Source: a virus
Reading direction: 5' to 3' (one strand)
DNA length: 64,000 nt
Virus record (IMG/VR): IMGVR_UViG_3300026544_000001
Span: 32,001 to 96,000 of that record
Translations under genes and position numbers: made by a program
Shown here: positions 40,882-50,340 of the stretch, one piece after another
How the letters are laid out: each line of letters begins with the position of its first letter
Numbering within the stretch: position 1 is the stretch's first letter
Notes under the pieces: model-generated
Told to the model about the DNA's origin: nothing
The model's database searches: none
What the model saw: the letters and a program-made list of their open reading frames with translations, nothing else

Positions 40882-43800
40882 ATGATGGCATATCGTAGAA
40901 AACCTATATATGAGTTCGAAGATGAGAACTCAGTAGGATTAGCAAATATACCAAATGGAAGTAAAGTAATAGTTAAGAACTATGAAGGTAAACCAAAGGA
41001 ATTCACTAAGAGGGATGATAGTGGAATAATAGGTGCTACAGATACAGTAAAAGCAGTATTAGAAAGTAGTGCTACACCAACAGGAGTAACAGAAGCTACA
41101 GAAGATAGAGACATGATACTGGATGCACAGTTCAATGGTTATGGGTATACTAAAAGAGTACCAAAGAAAGGTAGATGGGAATCAACTGATATACCAAATA
41201 CGCTTATAGATAAGACTTTAGATCCAATAAGATTTAGTGATGGGTTAATAGAAAGAACTGATGGTACAATAAGATTGCCTGATGCACCATTTGCTCCTCA
41301 ACTAGAAACAACATTGACTTTAGACCAAGATGTATTTACAGCAACAGCTAATAAAGGTGAAGTGATACAAGCGGTTGAGGGTAGTGAGTTGGTTGTTAAT
41401 GGTACGTTTGATGATGATAGTGCTTGGGCCCTAGGGGCTGATTGGGAAATTACTGATGGTGTACTTAGTTGTACGGATTCTACACATGATACCCTCCAGG
41501 ATATAGGACTACAGTTAGGGGTTAGTTATGTGCTATCGATAAACGTTACCTCATTTACTAAAGGTAGTTTCTACATCAAAGAAGGGGCTAGTGGGGCATA
41601 TGTACTATCGAACATTAAGTCGGTAGGTACCTATACTACAGTATTCACTGCCTCATCTACGGGGGACATACTACTGAGTATGGGTGGTGAGAGTACCTTT
41701 AGCTTAGACAACATCTCAGTCAAAGCTGTACCACAAAGGCTACAAGCACTGGAAGATGTAACAGATGAATTTGTGTTTAGTGATAAGTTCACTATATATG
41801 GTAATGATGAGTTATTAGACTATTCAGTTAATGGAGTAACTACACAAGAGTCACATAAGAGTGGGGATATCATTCATGTAGGTAATGGTGCTGAGTTGGT
41901 GACAGGTGATAGTGCCACATTCACTGATGGTATAGGTGACTGGGAATTATTATCAGGTGATGCTATGACTCACGATGATACAGCTAAAGTAGGTGTACTT
42001 GCGGCAGATACTTCTGTAACCCTCAAAGCCATCCCTGGTAAGGACCAAATTGATGTGGGATTTGGTTATATAGTGTCATTCACTCTAGGAAATATGACTA
42101 ACCAGAGTGTGCAGTTATTTGCAGATGGGTCTGTTTCAAAGACTGTTACTACTAATGGAGTGCACACAGTAGCTACCCATACCAATAATAATAGTAACAT
42201 CTATATAATAGTAACAGCAGGTGATGCAGGGGCTACAGTAGACAACATCTCAGTAACACCAATAGAACAAACATATCAAGCTTTAACAGATACAACAGCA
42301 GGTGATAAACTGAACACATCTAAATTCCAAAAGATAGATTATATCACTAGAACAGATGTTATACTACTTACTAAAACTGGTTACAAAACATTCAAAGGTA
42401 CACATTCGTTCGCTCCTCAAACAAGTAACAAAGAGATAGCTGAAGCATATGGGTTTAGTTGGAATAAAGGATTGAGTCAAGCTAGTAACTTAGAGGTTAT
42501 TAATAGTAATGGTGAGTTAGAAGTAATAAGTGGTGAAGTTATTGTGAGTGGGTTAGTGTCGAGACTTGGAAATTATGCATACCATCCAGTCTTTGGGGTT
42601 ACTGGTGGGACACTTACATATGCTGAAAAATTAGATGGTAGTGGTGATAAAGATAATAGATATTGGTATAATACTTCATTAGTTAATACTGCTGAATCTA
42701 TTTATGACTCAATATTATATACGGATACATATGCTAATCCAAGTATTGTAAATGGATTAAATAATGGTAGACCAGACAGCAAATTCTACGACAAAATTTA
42801 CTTCGATGGATTAGGTGGTATTAGATCAAAACTACCATATGCAATCAAACCAAATCTTACTGACTTACTAAAAGAGCAAGAGCAGTTACTGATAGGTGTT
42901 GATGATGATGCTGAGAGTAGTGGGGTGGAGTGTCTTGCCGTGGGTGATCTTGTTTACTCAGGAAACTATAATGATATTAATTGCTCAGGACTGTATGTTG
43001 CTATTGGTGTTGATGATTATATAGTCGTATTAAACAAAAACTATATGTATTTCCCAGAAGGTACAATTATAGAATTTTCTAATATCAACGGTAAAGCCAT
43101 ACTTATTGCCAAAGCAAATGGAAGACTTAAGCGATTATATACATCTTCTGAATCTGGTGATTATGGTTTGCCTTGGGTAGGAAATACAAACCTTGGCAAT
43201 ACTAGTAAAATCACAAAAACAAACAAAGCACTCACAACAGCTGGAACAAATTTAACTATAGATTGTATAGGTGACCCATCACGTTATAAATCAATAGATA
43301 CCACAACAGCACTACAGTCAGATTCAACAGATTCAGGTACAGAACTTAGACAAAATGCTCTAGTATGGGATATAGACAATTCTAAGATGTATCAATACTT
43401 AGATACTGACGATAGGGATAATGTAGATATGACTGCTGAAGATTTTACTGATACAGCTAAGTATGAGTATGTTATAGGTAGGTATCCAAATTCGTGGATG
43501 AATAGACTAGATAGAGGATTGAGTTTAGGGTTTAATCCGTTGTTGATTTCGGATACTGGTGGCAACCTAATACCAGATGGTATAAAAGATGATTTCAAAT
43601 TAAGCACTAAAACAGTAGATATCTATGATGCGGTATATACAGATACTAGCGGTCTTACTTTTTCTAATACAGTAGTTGCGGGTAGCAATATTCAAAACAC
43701 TATAGCATGGTCTAATTTAAGCCCTAAGCGAGTTGCAATTATACCTTACACCTCACTAAACCAACCACTACAACAATCAACACCAAAACCTATAATAGTA

Positions 43801-44658
43801 CCACCTACAAAGGTTATAGCAAACAGTAGTCACTCTTGGTATCAAGGTGGAGGATTAACTAACTGCGTAACTGGTAAAGTAGCTACAAATGATGGTAAAG
43901 GATTAGTGAGTAAAGTGGTTGAGGATTGTGAGGTGGGTATGTACACATATAAAGTATCTGATATTAAAAATGGTACTGATTATACATTGATTCCTGGTGA
44001 TATCCTACTAATAGATGTACCAATATCAGAAGTTAGTAATAGTAATACACCCTCTAGTATATACAAAGAATGGGTATATGGTGATACTTATACTGTTAAC
44101 TGGTTGTATATACAAAGTACTCAATGGGAGAATAGTATCTTATGGAAAAACGTGTCAACACCACAGCACGACACAATCAACCTATCATCTTCAAACTCAC
44201 CAGCTTCTAAGTCGTTAATATCACTTGGATTAGATGGTGATGAGTATGTTGTTCAGGTTATGGGTGAGGAGATGGTTTGGGATTTTGATGCTGATAGTGG
44301 AGGTGACGTGTTAGCTCTAGCTATTGACACGGATACGCTACTTACTACTGGTAAACTATTTATGGCGACCGGTTTTGACAACGCTGAGTTCAATAATAGA
44401 GTATTCAAATACCTTAATACAGATAATACTGTAAACTGGGATGCGGGGGAATGGGCTGATTACCACATAGCCGTTGATGGTACAATCAAGCACTTTACAG
44501 GGAGTGACTACCCTGAATTTGAGCTATGGGATGGAAACGGATTTGGAGAATCAAGTCAATTCGAACAACTCACATCAGGTACGCGACTTGACGACAACGG
44601 AAACACAGTAAGAACATATTGTGGAATTAAAAGAACCGGAATAATGGTAGGAGAATAA
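40882..44658 (+). CDS. Tail fibre / receptor-binding protein with carbohydrate-binding-like modules
   Basis: N-terminus shared with 40027 (YRRKxxYEF); two ELV...DNISV modules; GRPDSKFYD.IY fibre motif. Confidence 0.78.
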   Translation: MMAYRRKPIYEFEDENSVGLANIPNGSKVIVKNYEGKPKEFTKRDDSGIIGATDTVKAVLESSATPTGVTEATEDRDMILDAQFNGYGYTKRVPKKGRWESTDIPNTLIDKTLDPIRFSDGLIERTDGTIRLPDAPFAPQLETTLTLDQDVFTATANKGEVIQAVEGSELVVNGTFDDDSAWALGADWEITDGVLSCTDSTHDTLQDIGLQLGVSYVLSINVTSFTKGSFYIKEGASGAYVLSNIKSVGTYTTVFTASSTGDILLSMGGESTFSLDNISVKAVPQRLQALEDVTDEFVFSDKFTIYGNDELLDYSVNGVTTQESHKSGDIIHVGNGAELVTGDSATFTDGIGDWELLSGDAMTHDDTAKVGVLAADTSVTLKAIPGKDQIDVGFGYIVSFTLGNMTNQSVQLFADGSVSKTVTTNGVHTVATHTNNNSNIYIIVTAGDAGATVDNISVTPIEQTYQALTDTTAGDKLNTSKFQKIDYITRTDVILLTKTGYKTFKGTHSFAPQTSNKEIAEAYGFSWNKGLSQASNLEVINSNGELEVISGEVIVSGLVSRLGNYAYHPVFGVTGGTLTYAEKLDGSGDKDNRYWYNTSLVNTAESIYDSILYTDTYANPSIVNGLNNGRPDSKFYDKIYFDGLGGIRSKLPYAIKPNLTDLLKEQEQLLIGVDDDAESSGVECLAVGDLVYSGNYNDINCSGLYVAIGVDDYIVVLNKNYMYFPEGTIIEFSNINGKAILIAKANGRLKRLYTSSESGDYGLPWVGNTNLGNTSKITKTNKALTTAGTNLTIDCIGDPSRYKSIDTTTALQSDSTDSGTELRQNALVWDIDNSKMYQYLDTDDRDNVDMTAEDFTDTAKYEYVIGRYPNSWMNRLDRGLSLGFNPLLISDTGGNLIPDGIKDDFKLSTKTVDIYDAVYTDTSGLTFSNTVVAGSNIQNTIAWSNLSPKRVAIIPYTSLNQPLQQSTPKPIIVPPTKVIANSSHSWYQGGGLTNCVTGKVATNDGKGLVSKVVEDCEVGMYTYKVSDIKNGTDYTLIPGDILLIDVPISEVSNSNTPSSIYKEWVYGDTYTVNWLYIQSTQWENSILWKNVSTPQHDTINLSSSNSPASKSLISLGLDGDEYVVQVMGEEMVWDFDADSGGDVLALAIDTDTLLTTGKLFMATGFDNAEFNNRVFKYLNTDNTVNWDAGEWADYHIAVDGTIKHFTGSDYPEFELWDGNGFGESSQFEQLTSGTRLDDNGNTVRTYCGIKRTGIMVGE

Positions 44659-44659
44659 G

Positions 44660-45430
44660 ATGACACAAATAACAAGAGTAATCAATAAGGGTAACCTGAA
44701 GGCAGCTGAGAAGCTTCTAAAGGTTGAGCTAGAGAAGCAAAACAGAACTAAGTTCAATAAGGAACTAAGAGAGGCATATGAGTTAGCAGTACCCCAAACA
44801 AGAGTAGCTAACGATGAAGAGAAAGAGGCACAGTATGCTGATTACACTGAGATGTGTGAAGCAGCTGGAATTGAAGCAGAGATAGCTGCAGAGGACTATG
44901 AGTACTCAGAAGTAACTACAGAGCTAGATGAGGACTACATACCATACAGCACTTGGTCAACAGCTAAGGTACAGAGAGAGATGACAACTGAAGAAGAGGA
45001 TAGCTACTACGAAGCTGATGAGTCAGAAGATAAACCAGCTAGAGCAGACTACGAGTTCCCAACAGTAGATACAGAAGAGCTAGTACACCCATATACAGGA
45101 TTAACTACTGATGAACTAGAAGCTGGAGTAGTGGGGTATGGTCCACTAGCAGCTAAGAAGAAAGAACTAGAACTAGCTAAGGTAAATAAACAAGCTGAAG
45201 CCCTGTTAACTGAGTATCCTCAATATGAGAGAGATAGTTGGGATATACAAGAAGCAGAGGCGATAGCATACAAGGCTGATGATACAGCTAGTACTCCATT
45301 AATAGATGGAATAGTTGCAGCTAGAGGGTGTGACAAGTCTGAACTAGTAGATAAGATACTAGAGAAAGCTGGCTTGTTCAAACAAGCAATAGGTTATACT
45401 ATAGGTCAAAGACAGGTGGTAGCAGGGTGA
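44660..45430 (+). CDS. Tail fibre assembly protein
   Basis: YP..ERDSW..QE.EA.AY...TPLI..I..ARG...LV.KI..KA. Confidence 0.75.
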   Translation: MTQITRVINKGNLKAAEKLLKVELEKQNRTKFNKELREAYELAVPQTRVANDEEKEAQYADYTEMCEAAGIEAEIAAEDYEYSEVTTELDEDYIPYSTWSTAKVQREMTTEEEDSYYEADESEDKPARADYEFPTVDTEELVHPYTGLTTDELEAGVVGYGPLAAKKKELELAKVNKQAEALLTEYPQYERDSWDIQEAEAIAYKADDTASTPLIDGIVAARGCDKSELVDKILEKAGLFKQAIGYTIGQRQVVAG

Positions 45431-45678
45431 TAGAATATATACTAGCTAAATTAAATATAGGTTTAAATGATAAAGTAATGCATGCTATGTATGGAACTAT
45501 CATTTATTTAATGTTATTGTTAGTTATTTCACCTCTACAAGCATTAATAGGTATAACCATCATAGCAGTAGGTAAGGAAGTATATGACTACTTCAATAGT
45601 AGTATACATACACCAGATATGTATGATGCATTAGCTACAATAGTTGTACCATTGGTGCTAACAATTATTATAATATAA
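45427..45678 (+). CDS. VanZ-like small membrane protein
   Basis: DKVMH...GKEVYD...D..DALAT. Confidence 0.7.
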   Translation: MIEYILAKLNIGLNDKVMHAMYGTIIYLMLLLVISPLQALIGITIIAVGKEVYDYFNSSIHTPDMYDALATIVVPLVLTIIII

Positions 45679-45689
45679 AAGGATAAGAC

Positions 45690-45914
45690 ATGGGTTTTTG
45701 GCATGACATAGAAGAGAGTTTCAGTTTAAAGAGTGAGTTAAAAGATATACTAGCTAAGACTAGTACAGATACAATAGATGAAGATTATAATACATTTATA
45801 TCTATGATGTATAGTGCTGGATTAACAGAAGGTACAGCTAATAACATATTAGAAGATGTAAATAAGACATTCATAGCTAAGGCAGAGGAATTAGGTTGTG
45901 TCTTCCCGAAGTAG
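45690..45914 (+). CDS. Hypothetical protein
   Basis: ORF with RBS. Confidence 0.65.
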   Translation: MGFWHDIEESFSLKSELKDILAKTSTDTIDEDYNTFISMMYSAGLTEGTANNILEDVNKTFIAKAEELGCVFPK

Positions 45915-46203
45915 AGATAGAGAGTACAGACAGTGGAGAGCTGCAGTAATACGTAGAGATAAAAGATGTGCGATATGTGGTAGTAGAGCAGGTAGAACTG
46001 CTCATCACATAGACTGCTGGAGCTATCATCCTGATAAAAGATATGATGTAGATAACGGGGTTACACTATGTTCACATCACCATGTTCTATTCCACTGTAG
46101 CTATAAGAATAGTTATAGAGAGGAGTGTACAAGAAAAGACTATGATAACTTCATAGAACTACTAACTAAAGAAAAACTATATAATAACTTACTACAACAA
46201 TAG
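45898..46203 (+). CDS. HNH endonuclease
   Basis: WR..V..RD..C.ICG...AHHI...NGVTLC..HH..FH. Confidence 0.88.
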   Translation: MSSRSRDREYRQWRAAVIRRDKRCAICGSRAGRTAHHIDCWSYHPDKRYDVDNGVTLCSHHHVLFHCSYKNSYREECTRKDYDNFIELLTKEKLYNNLLQQ

Positions 46204-46270
46204 CGATAGTCGAACAGGCCCGCAAAGTGAGGCAAATAGGATGACTAAAGTAGTCATCTTCTAGTATACC

Positions 46271-46450
46271 AAATAGTTAAATAGTTCAGTGTTTAAAGTA
46301 GATTCATATTAAATAGTTGTTAAATATTACTGCTGACGTTAAATAGTTTAGTATTTAAGGGACTATTTAGACTATTTGGTTTTATCTCTAACTATTTAAC
46401 AACTATTTGATTTTTATTTCCCTTATTTACTTAACTATTTAAACTATTTA
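46271..46450. repeat. Iteron-like array (candidate origin)
   Basis: Four AAATAGTT followed by six inverted (A/G)ACTATTT copies in non-coding DNA. Confidence 0.8.
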
Positions 46451-46535
46451 ATAAATTGTATATGCATACATATGTATAAGGTACATATAAGTATACATAT
46501 GTTATAATACAACATAACAAATTAAGGAGTTTAAT

Positions 46536-46688
46536 ATGGAACAAGGTAAGAAGAAGGTATTATGGTTTAATGATTCACAGTTAGAATTATTAGAAATGAT
46601 AAAAGAAATAACAAATGAATCTAATAGTCTAATAGTTAGAAAAAGTATGTCATTATATTATGATACTATAAAAAATAAAAAGAAGTAG
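46536..46688 (+). CDS. Small CopG/ribbon-helix-helix-like protein (50 aa, not in the ORF track)
   Basis: MEQGKKKVLWFNDSQLELLEMIKEITNESNSLIVRKSMSLYY...; AAGGAG RBS and TGTTATAAT promoter upstream. Confidence 0.65.
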   Translation: MEQGKKKVLWFNDSQLELLEMIKEITNESNSLIVRKSMSLYYDTIKNKKK

Positions 46689-46690
46689 CC

Positions 46691-47650
46691 ATGATGAATG
46701 ACCTAACTACATTAGTAGAGGATAAATTAGAAGTAATAACATTAGACTACCTAGAGTCTTTAGGAGATATAGAAATGTTAACAAATTTAGTACCTGATGG
46801 AATGTTAACTTGCATACATTCAGTAGGTGGACAAGGTAAAAGTACACTAATAGCTGCACATGTTGATACTATACTAAAAAGTAACAATAGTATAAAAGAA
46901 GCTATATGGTTAGATTATGATGCTGCTGTAAGACGTAATACTACATTATTTAAAACATTATTAACAGAACATAAGGAAAATATTAAAGTAGTTCCTGTAT
47001 ATACAGAAAACAGTATGAACAAACTAGATACTTATTTAAGTAAAAAAGATTTACACAGTACTGTTATTGTAGTAGATGCTTTACAAGGTATGTGTAATAG
47101 AATGTCAGCAGATATCAATAAAGCTACGGATATGGGAACTGTTATGGATAAACTACGTGGTTACTGTGATAATGGTGCTACAGTTATTGTAATACATCAT
47201 AGTAATAAACAGGATAAAGAAGGTTGGTCTAATTTTAGAGGTAGTGCAGTTATACAGGATTCTGTAGATAACCTATACCAACTAAGACAAGTTAAAAGAA
47301 CAAATAATAAACTAACTGTTGAAGTTGATATATCACCAAAGTTTAGCTTCTCACTAGATGAATCAGGTGATATCATAAAGGAGTATACTATAGCTAAAGA
47401 TTTAAGCTATAATGGATCTTATAAACCTTGTAAATGGACAGACAACCAAATACAATTAGCTAAAGCTATAGTAACAAATTCAGAGATGACATCATTACTT
47501 AAAGCAGAAATAGAAGTTAAATCTAAATTGAAATTTGGATTAAATAAAACAAAAGAATTGATTAAGTATATGCTTGAAACTAAAATAATAGATAAAGTAA
47601 AAGTAGATACTAATAGATATATTTACATACTACCAGGAGAAATAGCATGA
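46691..47650 (+). CDS. RecA-family/SF4 (RSF1010 RepA-like, AAA_25) ATPase with a possible C-terminal wHTH
   Basis: GGQGKST, VIVVDAL, VIHHSNK and FRGSAVIQDSVD. Confidence 0.82.
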   Translation: MMNDLTTLVEDKLEVITLDYLESLGDIEMLTNLVPDGMLTCIHSVGGQGKSTLIAAHVDTILKSNNSIKEAIWLDYDAAVRRNTTLFKTLLTEHKENIKVVPVYTENSMNKLDTYLSKKDLHSTVIVVDALQGMCNRMSADINKATDMGTVMDKLRGYCDNGATVIVIHHSNKQDKEGWSNFRGSAVIQDSVDNLYQLRQVKRTNNKLTVEVDISPKFSFSLDESGDIIKEYTIAKDLSYNGSYKPCKWTDNQIQLAKAIVTNSEMTSLLKAEIEVKSKLKFGLNKTKELIKYMLETKIIDKVKVDTNRYIYILPGEIA

Positions 47651-48300
47651 ATCAGATAAAAGTGACAGTTAGTGGTATACTAGATTACTTAGGTATAGTA
47701 GGGATTAATCGTAGAATGTTTAGCGAAATGCTAAGTAAATACAATCTACCAGAAGAACGTCACTGTGGGTTTACTGTATATACAATTCCAGATGACCTAC
47801 TGTTCAATCTATGTGTAGATAATAACCTATATTGTATGCTTTCTAAGAAGGATCAAGTTGATATGAATTATAAACTTAAAGACTACAGTGACGATATTGA
47901 ACGAAGTGTTTCTAGACGTAATAGAAGTAAAAATCAAACTAGTTCTTACTACCACCCTAAATATTTATACATATTTGGTCTTATGCGTAATAACCAACAA
48001 ACAGATCTAATTAAAGTAGGAATAAGTAATGCAGTTGAACATAGAATGATCTCTCTTAGTAATAGTTGGAGTCCTATAGGAGTTAGTTTTTACCTTAAAT
48101 ACAAGACAACAGTAAAGGTAAATAAAGCAGAACCTATAGAAAAAAGTATACATAGGATATTAGAGTCGTTCGGTTATAAATATGAAGCAAAACATAAATA
48201 TACAGGATACTCTGAATTATTTAGAGATAATGATCTTGTGTACGATATTGTTAGAAGCATAAACAAACAGGCTACTATTAATATTAATAGTAGCATATAA
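47647..48300 (+). CDS. T5orf172/GIY-YIG-like protein
   Basis: YLYI...IKVGIS...HRM..L...IEKSIH...GYSELF. Confidence 0.8.
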   Translation: MNQIKVTVSGILDYLGIVGINRRMFSEMLSKYNLPEERHCGFTVYTIPDDLLFNLCVDNNLYCMLSKKDQVDMNYKLKDYSDDIERSVSRRNRSKNQTSSYYHPKYLYIFGLMRNNQQTDLIKVGISNAVEHRMISLSNSWSPIGVSFYLKYKTTVKVNKAEPIEKSIHRILESFGYKYEAKHKYTGYSELFRDNDLVYDIVRSINKQATININSSI

Positions 48301-48458
48301 ATTCTAGGAATATCAGATGATAACAACTATAAAATAAGCGATATCCTGATAGAGATGTTAAGTAATGAACCAGGAGGTAGTCTACTATGTAGCGATGATG
48401 TTGTATACATAATTAAAATGGTAGAAAAAGATTATATAATAGTAGATAAGGAGAAATA

Positions 48459-48782
48459 ATGAAAAAGTATATAGATGTATTTAATAACTATGGAGTAGAG
48501 ATTACTGATAAGATAAAAACGTACAATAAGATAATCAAAGAGTATGATTGGATAGGTTGTGCAGGTCAAGTAGATGGTACTAACAGCAGAGGTAGAACCA
48601 CAAAGATAGAAACCCCAGATGGACAAATAAGGATAGTTATATACTACAATGGTGAAGTATCTGTATTAGCTCATGAAGCATACCATGCAATGATGTATAT
48701 AGCAAATCTGCATGATATACAGGATGAAGAGTTTATAGCGTATGGGGTACAAAAAATAATAAAAGAAGTAATGGAGAAATAA
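48459..48782 (+). CDS. HExxH zinc-metallopeptidase-like protein
   Basis: LAHEAYHA...DEEFIAY. Confidence 0.7.
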   Translation: MKKYIDVFNNYGVEITDKIKTYNKIIKEYDWIGCAGQVDGTNSRGRTTKIETPDGQIRIVIYYNGEVSVLAHEAYHAMMYIANLHDIQDEEFIAYGVQKIIKEVMEK

Positions 48783-49081
48783 TGAAAAGACCAGTAGGAA
48801 GACCAAGAAAAGATAGAGTTAAAATAGGCTTGTCAATATATAAAGAAGCTAATAATCAGTTAACAGAGTTAGCTGATAAAGAAGGTAAGACTAAGAGTGC
48901 ATACATAGAAGATCTGATAAGCAATGCATATGAGATGGAAAAGATTGCAGTACTTACACAGGAAGAACTTATTAGGTTCTGGGAAGAAGAGAAAGAAGTA
49001 TGTGAAGCTAGAATAGGTAAGATGGAAGAAGTAGGTACAGATCAGTACTTCGATCTAGATGCGATAGGAGAAAATAGATGA
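48782..49081 (+). CDS. Ribbon-helix-helix DNA-binding protein
   Basis: RPVGRPRK, then IGLSI...LTELADKEGKTKSAYIEDLI. Confidence 0.75.
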   Translation: MKRPVGRPRKDRVKIGLSIYKEANNQLTELADKEGKTKSAYIEDLISNAYEMEKIAVLTQEELIRFWEEEKEVCEARIGKMEEVGTDQYFDLDAIGENR

Positions 49082-49362
49082 ATATAGAACTAAAATTAAA
49101 ATTTGCTTGGTTACCAAAAATAACTAGTAATGATGAAAAGATATGGCTAGGTTGGTATGTGTCAGCAGTACAAACAAGAATTAGTTATACATATGAAGAT
49201 AACATAGGTGCTTTACCTGAAGAGGTATCAGAAGAAATATACTCATGGTACAATCCAGATTCAATAGGTTATGACTATGATATTATAGATGCAGAAAATT
49301 GGGGTGTAGCTAACCTAAACAGATCAGTTAGATTTACTTACCCTTGGAGTACCTCATGTTAG
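49078..49362 (+). CDS. Hypothetical protein
   Basis: Overlapping (ATGA-coupled) ORF. Confidence 0.6.
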   Translation: MNIELKLKFAWLPKITSNDEKIWLGWYVSAVQTRISYTYEDNIGALPEEVSEEIYSWYNPDSIGYDYDIIDAENWGVANLNRSVRFTYPWSTSC

Positions 49363-49742
49363 AACGTTTACCCGATTGGTGCTATAATGAAGAAGAGATA
49401 GCTGAGTATAATGCTGAGCTACTTGCCACTAGGTATATACCAATGACACATGAGAAAGGACATATAGTAGCATACAAGTTGTATGGTAGTAAAGGTTACA
49501 CTGGAAAAGTGATGCTGATGCATACAGAAGATATAGATGGATTGCAGACAGCGGCAGACAATGAGTGGAAGGATACTAGGATTAGATGCATAGTAGGATG
49601 TAGTAGAGAAGCATACATAGATGAATACTGGGCAGTAATGAAAGTACTAGATAGATGGAAGTATAAACCAAAGTATGATAGAATAGGTAGTGATAGAGTA
49701 TTCAGTTGGGAAGACTGGATGGATAAACTAATAGGAGAATAG
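49344..49742 (+). CDS. Hypothetical protein
   Basis: ORF in operon. Confidence 0.6.
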   Translation: MEYLMLERLPDWCYNEEEIAEYNAELLATRYIPMTHEKGHIVAYKLYGSKGYTGKVMLMHTEDIDGLQTAADNEWKDTRIRCIVGCSREAYIDEYWAVMKVLDRWKYKPKYDRIGSDRVFSWEDWMDKLIGE

Positions 49743-50060
49743 ATGTCACTAGAACAAGATGAAATAGATGAACTGCTGAGAGTTAAAGAGCAGATAGACA
49801 GTAAACTAAGCTTGGCACAAGAAGCTAAGAATAAGATAGCTATAATATATCAAGATGTGTGTGGTATGACACTAGATTCAGAACTCTAGATAGTAGAGAT
49901 GAAGTAATATCCGTGATAACACTAATCGAGTCATTTATACGGGGTGATAATCAATATAAAGTATGTATACAGAGAATAAAATCCAGTATGAAGAAGAGGG
50001 ATGGGGTATATAAGCTGTATGTAAGGTACATGCAGTTATAATACGTGTAATTTAAATAAA

Positions 50061-50136
50061 GGGCCATTAACTCATTTGGTAGAGTATCTGCCTTGCACGT
50101 AGAAAGCGATCAGTTCGACTCTGATATGGTCCACCA
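50061..50136 (+). tRNA. tRNA-Ala(UGC)
   Basis: GGGCCAT/ATGGTCC acceptor with G3:U70, anticodon loop CTTGCAC, T-loop TTCGACT, encoded CCA. Confidence 0.93.
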
Positions 50137-50149
50137 TTTAAATAATATA

Positions 50150-50190
50150 CGAGGTAGTAGCTCAATTGGTAGGGCACCACTCCATATAGG
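50150..50190 (+). pseudogene. tRNA 5'-half remnant
   Basis: TAGCTCAATTGGTAGGGCA D-arm with no T-arm or 3' acceptor strand. Confidence 0.6.
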
Positions 50191-50199
50191 CTAATACAT

Positions 50200-50275
50200 A
50201 CAGCTGTAGCTCAATCGGAAGAGCGTTCGCCTGTCACGCGAAAGGTAGCGGGATCATAACCCGTCAGCTGTGCCA
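50200..50275 (+). tRNA. tRNA-Asp(GUC)
   Basis: ACAGCTG/CAGCTGT acceptor plus GCCA; TTCGC-CTGTCAC-GCGAA anticodon arm; non-canonical T-loop ATCATAA. Confidence 0.88.
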
Positions 50276-50340
50276 GCTCAAAAGTTTACATTAAGCGCCA
50301 TTAAGATATACTTATACAAATAAACTAAAAGGTATATAAG

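Noticed and set aside
46201-46262. HDV-like ribozyme or c-di-GMP riboswitch
   Set aside because: The P1/P2 pseudoknot or GEMM consensus could not be built by eye.
46271-46450. CRISPR array
   Set aside because: The repeats are 8 bp, irregularly spaced and in both orientations; no cas genes are present.
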